From assembly GCA_031459535.1 (NCBI GenBank), contig JAVKIJ010000049.1:1-22973 (forward strand): a stretch of 22,973 nucleotides of DNA, in the 5' to 3' direction. The notes beneath the pieces were generated by a model that worked only from the letters and a program-made list of their open reading frames with translations, was not told where the DNA came from and did no database searches. This document shows, piece after piece, positions 1 through 8,718 of this stretch. The position numbers and the translations under genes were made by a program. This stretch comes from Candidatus Fervidifonticultor quintus (lineage in GTDB: Bacteria; Sysuimicrobiota; Sysuimicrobiia; Sysuimicrobiales; Humicultoraceae). The first letter of the stretch is position 1. Every line of letters begins with the position of its first letter.

Positions 1-726
1 CAGTTTGAAGGCAACGTCCTGGCCAACCTGGGGCGCACATACTCGGAACTGGGGCTACCGGCGCAGGCTCTGGACTGCTTCCAGGCCGCCCTCGACCGGC
101 TGGAGCCCCTGGGCGATCTGATGTCGTTGGGCGCGCTGCACTTCAACCTGGGCGTGGCCTATGAGCGCCAGCAAGCGTTTGACCTGGCGCAGTCGCACCT
201 GGAGAAGGCCGCGGTGCTGTTCGAGGCGCAGGAGAATCTCCACGCGCTGGGGACGGTCAAGCGCAGCATCGGCATCCTCCTGCTGAACCGGGGCCGGCCC
301 GATGAGGGGACGACCATCCTGAGGCAGAGCCTGACCCTCGCGTGCAGGTTGGCCGACGACGCTGGCCGCGCGCAAACGCTGACCGAACTGGCCCGGGCCT
401 CGATCATGCACGGTGATCTGGAAGCTGCCCGCGCGCAGGCCGAGGAGGCGATCCGGCTTGCGGTGAAGGTGCAGGATCCCGCTGAGGCGGCACGCGCAGA
501 GGCAGTCATGGCTGCCATCTGCCAGCGTGAGGGACGGCTGGACGAAGCCGCGCACCGGTACGCGTACGCGCTCCACGAGTTCGAACGCCTCGGTGCGGCC
601 GGCGAGGTCGCGCGGGTCTGCCGGGACTACGGGTTCCTCATGCTCGCCCGCGGCGAGGAAGGCCAAGCGGCGCGGCTCTTTGCGCAGGCCTTCCGCGCTC
701 AGGAGGCGGCGGTGTCCTCGGGCTAG
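1..726 (+). CDS. Tetratricopeptide-repeat (TPR) protein, 5'-truncated by the window edge; probably the C-terminal part of an HTH-TPR regulator
   Basis: Frame is open from base 1 (QFEGNVLANLGRTYSELGLPAQALDCFQAAL...) to TAG at 724-726. Successive TPR-like helical pairs: 'LHFNLGVAYERQQAFDLAQSHLEKA', 'VKRSIGILLLNRGRPDEG', 'TLTELARASIMHGDLEAA'. Confidence 0.8.
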   Translation, partial: QFEGNVLANLGRTYSELGLPAQALDCFQAALDRLEPLGDLMSLGALHFNLGVAYERQQAFDLAQSHLEKAAVLFEAQENLHALGTVKRSIGILLLNRGRPDEGTTILRQSLTLACRLADDAGRAQTLTELARASIMHGDLEAARAQAEEAIRLAVKVQDPAEAARAEAVMAAICQREGRLDEAAHRYAYALHEFERLGAAGEVARVCRDYGFLMLARGEEGQAARLFAQAFRAQEAAVSSG

Positions 727-731
727 TCAGA

Positions 732-2033
732 TCAGAAAGGTAGTTCGATGGGCCAGCGCGCGGCTCCGAGCTGCCGGGCCTCTGCCGCAAGCACCAAATA
801 CCTGTCGGCAAGCTCGGAGTCCCCCCCGTCCTGCGCGGACTCAGCGGCGGCCGCCGCGGCCTCGGCCAGTTCGTCCGAGAAGTCGCTCGCGCGCAGCGCC
901 GCGATGGCCCCGGCGAGCACGTAGGACGCTTCCGCGTGCCGTCCGCGGGCCGCGAGGACCCGGCCGGCGAGCGCGTCGGCGCGCGCTCGGGCTACGCCGT
1001 CATCCAGGGCTTCGGCCAGCGCGTGCACGTCACCGCTCAGATCCGACGCCTGTTCCAGCTGCGCCGAGGCCAGGGCAGCCCTCGCCAGGCCGACCGTTGC
1101 GGCGAACTCCACCCGGCGATCGCCGAGTCTGGCGGCGAGATCCCGCGCCTCCTGCAGCAGGGGCACCGGATCTGGCGAGCCGCCCCTTTCCAGCGCGAGT
1201 AAGCCCCGGGCCAGGGCAATCTCCAGACGGGCCCGTGGTTCATCGGCGTCACGCAGTAGGCGCGCGGCCTCGGTCAGGGCGGCTGCGGCCTCCTCCGAGA
1301 GAGCCTCGAGGCGGTGGACCAGCGCCAGGCGCACGAGCGCGCGAGCGCCCCACGCGTCCAGTCCGTGGCGCTTCGCGAGTGCCACGGCCGACTGCAGGCG
1401 TCGCCGGGCCTGGCGGGGCTCGCCGCTCTGGGTCGCGGCCGCGGCCATCCCCAACAGGGCCTGGACGCCGAGGTCGGGATGGCGCACGGTGCGGCGCAAA
1501 CCGCCCAGCGCCCGCCGGAACCATGAGGCGGCCGCGCCGGCATCCCCGCGGCGCAGCGCCAGCCTGCCGGCGGTCAACGCGAGGCGCGCCCCAACCCGCG
1601 AAGTCGGGGAGTAGGGCAACCTCGCAGCCTCATCGAGCGCGGCCTGTGCGCGCTCTGGCTGGCCCGCGCGCAGTTCCAGGTCGGCCAGCAGCAGCAGGGC
1701 CTCGGCCGCGTGCAGGTCGGCGCCGCCGGGGGCCGCAATCTCGCGCACCAGCTCGATCGCCCGTCGCGCGGCGTCTAGGCGGCCGCCGCGCGCGGCGTCC
1801 TCGGCCCAGGCCACGAGTCCGGTCAGCATGGAGAGCCGTTGGTCTACCGCGTCCCCGGCCATCGTTGAGAGTCCCAACTGCAGCCGGCGGCCGAGAAACC
1901 GCAACGTGTCCAGCGATGGATCCGCATGGCCGCCCTCGAGTTGACTGATGAAGCTCTTGGTGTACTCGGCGCCGGCCAGATCGGCCTGGGTGAGTCCGAG
2001 TTCCCGGCGACGCTGGCGGATGCGCTGGCCCAC
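732..2033 (-). CDS. XRE-family helix-turn-helix plus TPR-repeat transcriptional regulator (NprR/PlcR-like architecture)
   Basis: C-terminal part of the 732..4466 ORF: 'VGQRIRQRRRELGLTQADLAGAEYTKSFISQLEGGHADPSLDTLRFLGRRL' is a Cro/C1 HTH, followed by Ala/Leu/Arg-rich helical repeats. Start taken as GTG at 2033 (GAGGA 7 nt upstream); ATG at 2081 is an alternative. Confidence 0.85.
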   Translation of the reverse strand: MGQRIRQRRRELGLTQADLAGAEYTKSFISQLEGGHADPSLDTLRFLGRRLQLGLSTMAGDAVDQRLSMLTGLVAWAEDAARGGRLDAARRAIELVREIAAPGGADLHAAEALLLLADLELRAGQPERAQAALDEAARLPYSPTSRVGARLALTAGRLALRRGDAGAAASWFRRALGGLRRTVRHPDLGVQALLGMAAAATQSGEPRQARRRLQSAVALAKRHGLDAWGARALVRLALVHRLEALSEEAAAALTEAARLLRDADEPRARLEIALARGLLALERGGSPDPVPLLQEARDLAARLGDRRVEFAATVGLARAALASAQLEQASDLSGDVHALAEALDDGVARARADALAGRVLAARGRHAEASYVLAGAIAALRASDFSDELAEAAAAAAESAQDGGDSELADRYLVLAAEARQLGAARWPIELPF

Positions 2034-2178
2034 AGGCGCTTCCTCAGGGGAAACGTGGCGACGAGACGGATGACGGCCCATACGCGTCCGGGCGGCGAGC
2101 AGCCGCCGTCTCCCCGACGATAGCCGAGAGGTCGTCGGCACGTCAACGACCCGCGCAGGTGACTGCCCAAAGTGCGCC

Positions 2179-2207
2179 TTGACAGTCGCAACCCCGTTTG
2201 CTATGCG
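2179..2207 (+). promoter_or_regulatory. Putative sigma70-type promoter of the hom-thrC-ask operon
   Basis: Perfect TTGACA (2179-2184), 17-nt spacer ending in TGc (extended -10), then a weak -10 TATGCG (2202-2207), about 20 nt before the hom start. Confidence 0.55.
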
Positions 2208-2228
2208 TGGGGCGTTGTGGGAGTTGGC

Positions 2229-3512
2229 GTGAAGGATCAGTGTCGTGTGGGGCTGCTGGGGCTGGGCACGGTCGGTTCGGCCGTCGCAGATCTGCTGCTG
2301 CATCGGGCTGGGGAGATCAGCTGGCGCGCGGGCATCCCGGTCAGGCTGCACCGCATCGCCGTAGCCCACCCGGACCGACCACGGCGCGTCGCGGTTCCCC
2401 CGGGGATGATCGTCGGTGATGCGCGCGCCGTGATCGACGACACGGCGGTGGATGTGGTCGTGGAGGTGATGGGAGGGATCGAACCGGCACGGTCGTACAT
2501 CGCCGCCGCGCTGGCCCGCGGCAAGGCCGTCGTGACCGCCAACAAGCAGCTGATGGCCTCGAGGGGCGATGAGCTGCTGGCGGCGGCGGCCCGTGCCGGT
2601 GCCGACCTGTTCTTTGAAGCCAGTGTCGGCGGCGGTATCCCCGTGATCAAGGCCATATGGGAATCGCTGGCCGCCAACACCATTGGTGAAATCGTGGGAA
2701 TCCTCAATGGGACGACGAATTTCATCCTCACCCGCATGTCTCGGGACGGTGTGGGGTTCGCCGAGGCGCTCGTCGCCGCCCAGCAGCGCGGCTTCGCCGA
2801 GAGTGATCCCACCGATGACGTAGACGGCCATGACGCAGCGGCCAAGCTGGCCATCCTGGCCTCGGTGGCCTTCGGCAGCCGTGTGGCCGGCGACGACGTC
2901 TACCGGGAAGGGATCGGCGGGATTACCCCGCGCGACATCGCCTACGCGCGGGAGTTGGGGTACGTGGTGAAGCTGCTGGCCATTGCGCGGTACGACCAGG
3001 GGACCGTTGAAGCACGCGTGCATCCGGCGTTGTTGCCCGCTGCGCACCCGCTGGCGTCGGTCAACGACGAGCTGAACGCCGTGATGATCGTTGGAGACCC
3101 TGTGGGTCCCATCGTGCTCGAGGGCCGCGGCGCCGGCGGAGGGCCGACGGCCAGTGCTGTGGTCGGTGACATCATCGACGCCGCGCGCAACCTCCGAATG
3201 GGGGCCGGTGGCCGTCTCGGCCATCGGGAACTGATCCGCCGCCCGATTCGTGAGATCGCCGAGATCGAGGTGCCGTATTGCCTCTTCCTCGAAGTGAGCG
3301 ACCGCCCAGGGGTCTTCGCCAAGGTGGCCGCAGCATTTGGCGACGAAGCGGTCAGCATCGCGTCCATCGTGCAGAAGAGCCGGGGCGTGACCGCTGATGT
3401 GGTGCTCGTGACCCACGACGCCCGGGAGGCTGCCATGCAACGGGTGCTGCGCCGCCTCCACGGACTGGACGTGGTGGCCTCGATCCACACGGTCCTGCGG
3501 ATCGCCGCCTAG
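2229..3512 (+). CDS. hom: Homoserine dehydrogenase with C-terminal ACT domain
   Basis: Rossmann motif GLLGLGTVG, 'VVTANK', 'FEASVGGGIP', 'GILNGTTNFIL', 'GFAESDPTDDVDGHDAAAK', 'GRGAGGGPTASAV', ACT 'DRPGVFAKV'. GTG start at 2229 with GGGAG 5 nt upstream. Confidence 0.97.
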   Translation: MKDQCRVGLLGLGTVGSAVADLLLHRAGEISWRAGIPVRLHRIAVAHPDRPRRVAVPPGMIVGDARAVIDDTAVDVVVEVMGGIEPARSYIAAALARGKAVVTANKQLMASRGDELLAAAARAGADLFFEASVGGGIPVIKAIWESLAANTIGEIVGILNGTTNFILTRMSRDGVGFAEALVAAQQRGFAESDPTDDVDGHDAAAKLAILASVAFGSRVAGDDVYREGIGGITPRDIAYARELGYVVKLLAIARYDQGTVEARVHPALLPAAHPLASVNDELNAVMIVGDPVGPIVLEGRGAGGGPTASAVVGDIIDAARNLRMGAGGRLGHRELIRRPIREIAEIEVPYCLFLEVSDRPGVFAKVAAAFGDEAVSIASIVQKSRGVTADVVLVTHDAREAAMQRVLRRLHGLDVVASIHTVLRIAA

Positions 3513-3521
3513 GGAGCGTCC

Positions 3522-4577
3522 GTGGCACATCAGCCGTGGCGGGGCGTGATCTGGGCGTACAGGGACATGCTGCCGGCCACCGAACGGGTGGTGACGCTCT
3601 ACGAAGGCGGTACGCCCCTCGTTCCGTCCGAGCGGCTCAGCCGGCAGCTGGCGCGGCCGGTGTGGCTGAAGATGGAGGGGAGCAACCCGACCGGATCGTT
3701 CAAGGATCGGGGCATGACGGTCGCCGTGAGCCGCGCGGTCTCGGGGGGCGCGCGGGGCGTGATCTGCGCGTCCACCGGCAATACCGCGGCGTCGGCTGCG
3801 GCGTACGCGGGCCGGGCGGGGATCCCATGCTGGATCCTGCTCCCCGCCGGGGCTGTGGCCCGGGGCAAACTCGTGCAGGCCGCGGTCCACGGTGCACAGA
3901 TTGTGGCCGTAGAGGGCCGGTTCGAGGATGCCCTGGGCCTGGCGCGCGCGGCGTCGGGCGAGGAGCTCGTCCTGGTAAACTCGGTGAACCCGATGCGGCT
4001 TGAGGGCCAGGCAACGGCGGCCTATGAGATCTGCGATGCGCTCGGCCACGCGCCGGCAGTGCTGGTGTTGCCCGTAGGCAACGGCGGCAACATCACGGCC
4101 TACTGGATGGGCTTCCGCCGGTACCGGGAGGCCGGGATCATCTCCGGGCTGCCCCGTCTCGTGGGCGTGCAGGCCGAGGGCGCGAACCCCCTGGTGCGCG
4201 GCGCGCCGGTGGACCGGCCGCACACCGTGGCCTCCGCCATCCGCATCGGCTGGCCGGCGACCTGGGCCGGCGCCATGGAGGCAGCGACCGCGTCGGGAGG
4301 ACGCATCGCCGATGTGGACGACGAGGAGATCCTCCGCGCGCAGCGCACCCTGGCCGAGGAAGGGATCTTCGTCGAACCGGCGTCGGCAGCGGCGGTGGCC
4401 GGCCTGCGGCGCCTGAGCGCCGCGGACCTGCCGGCCGGTGATGTGGTCTGTGTGCTGACCGGGCACGGCCTGAAGGATCCCGACGTGGTGACCATGCCGG
4501 AACCGGTGCGCGTGCCGGCGACGGTGGAGGCCGTGCGCGCGTTGCTCGGACGCTCAGGAGGGGTGCAGTGGCACTGA
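3522..4577 (+). CDS. thrC: Threonine synthase (PLP-dependent, fold type II)
   Basis: 'EGGTPL', PLP-lysine motif '[10 protein letters not shown]', '[14 protein letters not shown]', '[12 protein letters not shown]', '[11 protein letters not shown]'. GTG start with AGGGAG upstream. Confidence 0.97.
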   Translation: MAHQPWRGVIWAYRDMLPATERVVTLYEGGTPLVPSERLSRQLARPVWLKMEGSNPTGSFKDRGMTVAVSRAVSGGARGVICASTGNTAASAAAYAGRAGIPCWILLPAGAVARGKLVQAAVHGAQIVAVEGRFEDALGLARAASGEELVLVNSVNPMRLEGQATAAYEICDALGHAPAVLVLPVGNGGNITAYWMGFRRYREAGIISGLPRLVGVQAEGANPLVRGAPVDRPHTVASAIRIGWPATWAGAMEAATASGGRIADVDDEEILRAQRTLAEEGIFVEPASAAAVAGLRRLSAADLPAGDVVCVLTGHGLKDPDVVTMPEPVRVPATVEAVRALLGRSGGVQWH

Positions 4578-5788
4578 TCGTCCAAAAGTACGGCGGAAGT
4601 TCCGTCGCCAGCGCCGAGAAGCTGCGCCATGTCGCCGCGCGGGTGGCCGCAACGCGGCGGACCGGGGCGGATATGGTCGTGGTCGTTTCCGCGCCCGGCG
4701 ACATGACCGATGATCTGATTGCCCGGGCGCGGGAGATCAGCGACCGCCCTCCCGCGCGGGAACTGGACATGCTCATGTCCGTGGGTGAGCAGGTGTCCAT
4801 CGCGCTCCTCTCCATGGCCCTCCAGGCGCTGGGCGAGCCGGCCATCTCGCTCACCGGCAGCCAGGTGCGCATCCTCACCGACGGAGTGTACACCAAGGCG
4901 CGCATCCTCGAGGTAGATCGGCGGCGCATCGACGAAGAACTTGCCAGAGGACGTATCGTGGTGGTGGCGGGCTTCCAGGGCGTCACGCCCGATCACGAGA
5001 TCACCACCCTAGGCCGCGGTGGGTCCGACCTCTCGGCCGTAGCGTTGGCCTCGGCCCTGGGCGCCGAGAGTTGCGAGATCTACACCGACGTGAGCGGGGT
5101 CTTCACGGCCGATCCGCGCATCGTCCCCGAGGCTCGGCAACTGGACCGGGTGTCCTATGACGAGATGCTGGAGATGGCCAGCAGCGGCGCCGTGGTGCTG
5201 CAGACCCGTTCGGTGGAGTACGCCAAGTCCTATGGCGTCCGCCTCCACGTCCGCTCGACGTGGAGCGAGGCGCCCGGCACCATCGTGGAGGAGGTTGGGG
5301 ACGTGGAGCGCACGAGACTCGTCACAGGCGTAGCCCACGACACCAATGTGGCCAAGATCACGATTCGAGATCTCCCCGACATCCCGGGGATCGCCCACCG
5401 TATCTTCTCGGCTCTAGCCGATCGCCACATCAACGTGGACATGATCGTCCAGACCGCAAGCCGGGGCGGGAAGGCCGACATCTCGTTTACGGTCACGAAA
5501 CCTGATGCAGCCGTGGCCGAGGAGACCGTGCGCGCCACGTCCCGCGAGATCGGTGCAGGCGAAGTGACCGCAGGCGCCAACGTGGCCAAGGTCTCGGTGA
5601 TCGGCGCCGGCATGGCCAGCAATCCAGGCGTGGCGGCCACCATGTTCGGCGCCCTGGCCGCTGCGGGCATCAACATCGAGATGATCAGCACGTCGGAGAT
5701 CAAGATCTCGTGCATCGTGCCGGCCGAGGATGTCCAGAGGGCCGTGCGGGCCGTGCACCGCGCATTCAATCTCGATGCGCTGCGTTAG
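4568..5788 (+). CDS. lysC: Aspartokinase, alpha subunit (alpha2beta2 type, two ACT domains)
   Basis: 'VQKYGGSSV', 'VVVVSA', '[12 protein letters not shown]', '[16 protein letters not shown]', two C-terminal ACT domains ending 'ISTSEIKIS'. AGGAGG RBS; overlaps the thrC end by 10 nt. Confidence 0.97.
   Translation: MALIVQKYGGSSVASAEKLRHVAARVAATRRTGADMVVVVSAPGDMTDDLIARAREISDRPPARELDMLMSVGEQVSIALLSMALQALGEPAISLTGSQVRILTDGVYTKARILEVDRRRIDEELARGRIVVVAGFQGVTPDHEITTLGRGGSDLSAVALASALGAESCEIYTDVSGVFTADPRIVPEARQLDRVSYDEMLEMASSGAVVLQTRSVEYAKSYGVRLHVRSTWSEAPGTIVEEVGDVERTRLVTGVAHDTNVAKITIRDLPDIPGIAHRIFSALADRHINVDMIVQTASRGGKADISFTVTKPDAAVAEETVRATSREIGAGEVTAGANVAKVSVIGAGMASNPGVAATMFGALAAAGINIEMISTSEIKISCIVPAEDVQRAVRAVHRAFNLDALR
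5303..5788 (+). CDS. Aspartokinase beta subunit, nested in-frame within the alpha gene (161 aa, ACT domains only)
   Basis: GGAGGAGGT at 5287-5295 lies 7 nt before an in-frame GTG at 5303 (codon 246), immediately ahead of '[12 protein letters not shown]', the start of the regulatory domain. Same arrangement as the known Bacillus AKII, Corynebacterium and Thermus enzymes. Confidence 0.8.
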   Translation: MERTRLVTGVAHDTNVAKITIRDLPDIPGIAHRIFSALADRHINVDMIVQTASRGGKADISFTVTKPDAAVAEETVRATSREIGAGEVTAGANVAKVSVIGAGMASNPGVAATMFGALAAAGINIEMISTSEIKISCIVPAEDVQRAVRAVHRAFNLDALR

Positions 5789-5916
5789 CGGGGCCTGCGG
5801 GTCGGCGCGCAGGAAATCCCGACCGAGGCGGGGAATTGAGCCAGTGTCCACGGCTGTGACTTCGTGTGTTTCCTCGCCCGGTGAGGCCGGACAGGGACTG
5901 TGTCTGGGGGTGGTGC

Positions 5917-6693
5917 GTGTCCCCACAGGACAATGGACGAAAGCGGGGCGGGGCGGGTCCGGACGCTTTAGCCCGGAGCTACACGGAGACCCGCGAGCGC
6001 GCCACGCGGGACGCGTTGGTGCATTCCTGCGCGGGGCTCGTGCATGGCATCGCCGCTGAATTCCGCAATGGTTTCCAGGACGACGACCTGGTGCAGGCGG
6101 GCTTCCTGGGGTTACTGAACGCCATCGAGCACTACGATCCTGACCGCGGGACGCCGTTTGTGGGCTTTGCCCGTCACTTCGTCCGCGGGGAGATCCAGCA
6201 CTACCTGCGTGATCACCAGGGGCTCATCCGACGACCACGGTGGCTGGGGGAGCGCAACGGCCAGATCGAGGACGCTGTTGGCCGACACCTCGCCGAGCGT
6301 GGTCGCTATCCGGGCCTTGGCGACCTGGCGCGGAGTCTCGATCTGGACGTGGAGTCGCTGACCCAGATCCTGCAGACGCGCCAGGTGGTCAGGACGCTGT
6401 CACTGGATGCCGAGGATGGGAGCGGCCAGCCCATGGTGGATCCCGGCTGCCCGCGGGATCCCGCGGAAGAGTCGCCGCCAGACGCGGTCGAGGATCGGGT
6501 GATGTTGATCGATGCCCTGGAGCGCCTCAACCCTCTGCAACGCACCGTGGTCTTCTACATCTTCTTCACGGACCTGACGCAGGCGCAGACCGCCGCCCGG
6601 ATGGGGATCTCCCAGAAGCACGTGTCGCGGGTGCTGGCCTCGGCGCTGTATCGGCTGCGCCTGATGCTGGCCCCAGCCTTCAGGCGGGCCTGA
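5917..6693 (+). CDS. RNA polymerase sigma factor, SigB/SigF/SigG (group 3) family
   Basis: Region 2 'DDLVQAGFLGLLNAIEHYDPDRGTPF...GEIQHYLRD', 'IRRPRW', region 3 'TLSLDAE', region 4 HTH 'LTQAQTAARMGISQKHVSRV'. Start chosen at GTG 5917 behind GGGGGTG; the exact start is uncertain. Confidence 0.9.
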   Translation: MSPQDNGRKRGGAGPDALARSYTETRERATRDALVHSCAGLVHGIAAEFRNGFQDDDLVQAGFLGLLNAIEHYDPDRGTPFVGFARHFVRGEIQHYLRDHQGLIRRPRWLGERNGQIEDAVGRHLAERGRYPGLGDLARSLDLDVESLTQILQTRQVVRTLSLDAEDGSGQPMVDPGCPRDPAEESPPDAVEDRVMLIDALERLNPLQRTVVFYIFFTDLTQAQTAARMGISQKHVSRVLASALYRLRLMLAPAFRRA

Positions 6694-6700
6694 CGTCCGC

Positions 6701-8656
6701 TCAGCCCTGGGCGTCCTCTTCGTAGCGTTCGCGCAGGCTCTGGATCACCGTGGGATCGGCCAGCGTGGTCGTGTCACCCAGCACCCGTCCCTCCGCAATA
6801 TCCCGCAGGAGCCGGCGCATGATCTTGCCGCTGCGCGTCTTCGGGAGCTCCGCGGTGAACAGGATGCGGTCCGGTCTGGCGATGGCGCCGATCTTCTGCG
6901 CCACGTGGTCACGCAGTTCGTCCAGCGTTGCCTCGTCGCCCACCCCGCCCTCCTTGAGTGTCACGAAGGCCGCCAGGGCCTGGCCCTTGATCTCATGGTG
7001 CATGCCGATGACGGCGGCCTCGGCCACCAGGGGATGAGACACGAGCGCCGACTCCACCTCCATGGTCCCGATCCGGTGCCCGGCTACGTTGATGACGTCG
7101 TCCACGCGTCCGAGCAGCCAGAAGTAACCATCCTCGTCCATGCGGGCGCCGTCGCCCGTGAAGTAGACGCCTGGGATACGGTCCCAGTAGACCTGCTGGT
7201 AGCGCTGGGGATCGCCGTAGATACCGCGCAGCATGGAGGGCCAGGGCGTGCGGATGACGAGGTAGCCGCCGGTGTTGGCCGGCACCGGCATACCTCGTTC
7301 GTCGACGACTGCGGCCTCGATGGTCGGGAACGGCCGCGTGGCCGATCCGGGCTTGAGGGTCGTGATCCCTGGCAGCGGGGTGATCAAGATGGCGCCGGTC
7401 TCGGTCTGCCACCACGTGTCGACCACCGGGCAGCGGTCGCCGCCGATATGCCGGCGGTACCAGATCCAGGCCTCGGGGTTGATGGGTTCGCCGACGGTGC
7501 CCAGCAGCCGCAGCGAGGACAGGTCGTGCCGCGCCGGATACTGTGGTCCCCACTTGATGAATGTGCGGATCGCGGTGGGCGCCGTGTAGAGAATGGTGAC
7601 GCCGTACTTCTCGACGAGCTCCCAGAACCGGTCCTTCTCAGGCCAGTCGGGCGTACCCTCGTACATGACCACGGTGGTGCCGTTGGCCAGCGGCCCGTAG
7701 ACGATGTACGAGTGCCCGGTGACCCATCCGATGTCCGCGGTGCACCAGTAGACGTCGTCCTCCTTGAGATCGAAGACCCACTTGGTGGTCAGGTAGGTGG
7801 CTACCATATAGCCGCCGGTGGTGTGGACAATGCCCTTGGGCTTGCCGGTGGTACCGCTGGTATAGAGGATGTAAAGCGGGTCCTCGCTGTCCACCTCCTC
7901 CGCCGGACAGTCCAGGCGCATGCCGTCCAGCGCCCGGTGCCACCAGCGATCCCGGCCCTCCACCATGTGGATCGCCGCGGCCTCGCCGATGCGCCGGACG
8001 ACCACCACGTGCTGCACGGTGGGGCAGTCGGCCAGCGCGTGGTCCACATTGCGCTTGAGGGGCACGATCTGTCCCCGACGGAAGCCGCCGTCCGCCGTGA
8101 TGACCAGCTTGGCCTGGGCGTCGTTGATCCGGTCCCGGAGCGCCTCGGCAGAGAACCCGCCGAAGACGACCGTGTGCACGGCGCCGATCCGGGCGCAGGC
8201 GAGCATGGCGATGGGCAGCTCGGGGATCATGGGCATGTAGATGGCCACCCGATCACCCCGCTGCACGCCCATGGCCAGCAGGGCATTGGCGCACCGGTTG
8301 ACCTCGCGGGCCAGATCCCAATAGGTGAGGACGCGGGACTCACCCGGCTCACCCTCCCATATGATGGCGGCCTTGTTGCGGCGGGCGGTGCGCAGGTGCC
8401 GGTCGAGGCAGTTGTAGGCCATATTGGTGCGGCCGCCGACGAACCACCTGGCATACGGCGCGTTCCACTCCAGCACGCGGTCCCATCGGCGGAACCAGTG
8501 CAGCTCTTCGGCAGCAGCCTCCCAGAAGTGTTCCGGATCTTCTCGCGCCTGGGCATAGACGGCGTCGTCATTGACGGTGGCACGGGCGGCGAACCCCTCG
8601 GGCGGCGCAAACGTGCGGCGTTCCTCCAGGAGAGACTCGATGGGCCGGGTGGACAT
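6701..8656 (-). CDS. acs: Acetyl-CoA synthetase (AMP-forming acetate--CoA ligase)
   Basis: '[14 protein letters not shown]', '[14 protein letters not shown]', 'DTWWQTETG', 'YFTGDGA', acetylation-site motif '[11 protein letters not shown]'. ATG at 8656 with AAGGAGG RBS. Confidence 0.98.
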   Translation of the reverse strand: MSTRPIESLLEERRTFAPPEGFAARATVNDDAVYAQAREDPEHFWEAAAEELHWFRRWDRVLEWNAPYARWFVGGRTNMAYNCLDRHLRTARRNKAAIIWEGEPGESRVLTYWDLAREVNRCANALLAMGVQRGDRVAIYMPMIPELPIAMLACARIGAVHTVVFGGFSAEALRDRINDAQAKLVITADGGFRRGQIVPLKRNVDHALADCPTVQHVVVVRRIGEAAAIHMVEGRDRWWHRALDGMRLDCPAEEVDSEDPLYILYTSGTTGKPKGIVHTTGGYMVATYLTTKWVFDLKEDDVYWCTADIGWVTGHSYIVYGPLANGTTVVMYEGTPDWPEKDRFWELVEKYGVTILYTAPTAIRTFIKWGPQYPARHDLSSLRLLGTVGEPINPEAWIWYRRHIGGDRCPVVDTWWQTETGAILITPLPGITTLKPGSATRPFPTIEAAVVDERGMPVPANTGGYLVIRTPWPSMLRGIYGDPQRYQQVYWDRIPGVYFTGDGARMDEDGYFWLLGRVDDVINVAGHRIGTMEVESALVSHPLVAEAAVIGMHHEIKGQALAAFVTLKEGGVGDEATLDELRDHVAQKIGAIARPDRILFTAELPKTRSGKIMRRLLRDIAEGRVLGDTTTLADPTVIQSLRERYEEDAQG

Positions 8657-8718
8657 ACGTATCCTCCTTGACGGAATGGAGCGAGTATTCAAACCTCATC
8701 CGAAGGAGTCCTGCGCCC

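Noticed and set aside
527-1948. 473-aa Arg/Pro-rich plus-strand ORF, and similar long alternative-frame ORFs (6905..8671, 10196..11779, 18397..19905)
   Set aside because: Low-complexity R/P/G/A composition typical of off-frame translation of GC-rich genes; each overlaps a well-supported gene.
2211-2220. GGCGTTGTGG found 8 nt before the hom start and (minus strand, 21880-21889) 9 nt before the response-regulator start
   Set aside because: Only two copies of a GC-rich 10-mer that partly overlaps RBS positions, in unrelated genes; cannot be distinguished from chance.
2082-4466. 1244-aa minus-strand ORF suggesting a giant protein antisense to hom and thrC
   Set aside because: Only the last ~434-450 codons look like a protein (HTH-TPR). 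The rest is the stop-poor antisense shadow of two same-frame high-GC genes, with no recognisable motifs.
5825-5916. SigB/F-type autoregulatory promoter upstream of the sigma gene (GGGAAT at 5831-5836)
   Set aside because: No GTTT-like -35 at the proper spacing upstream.
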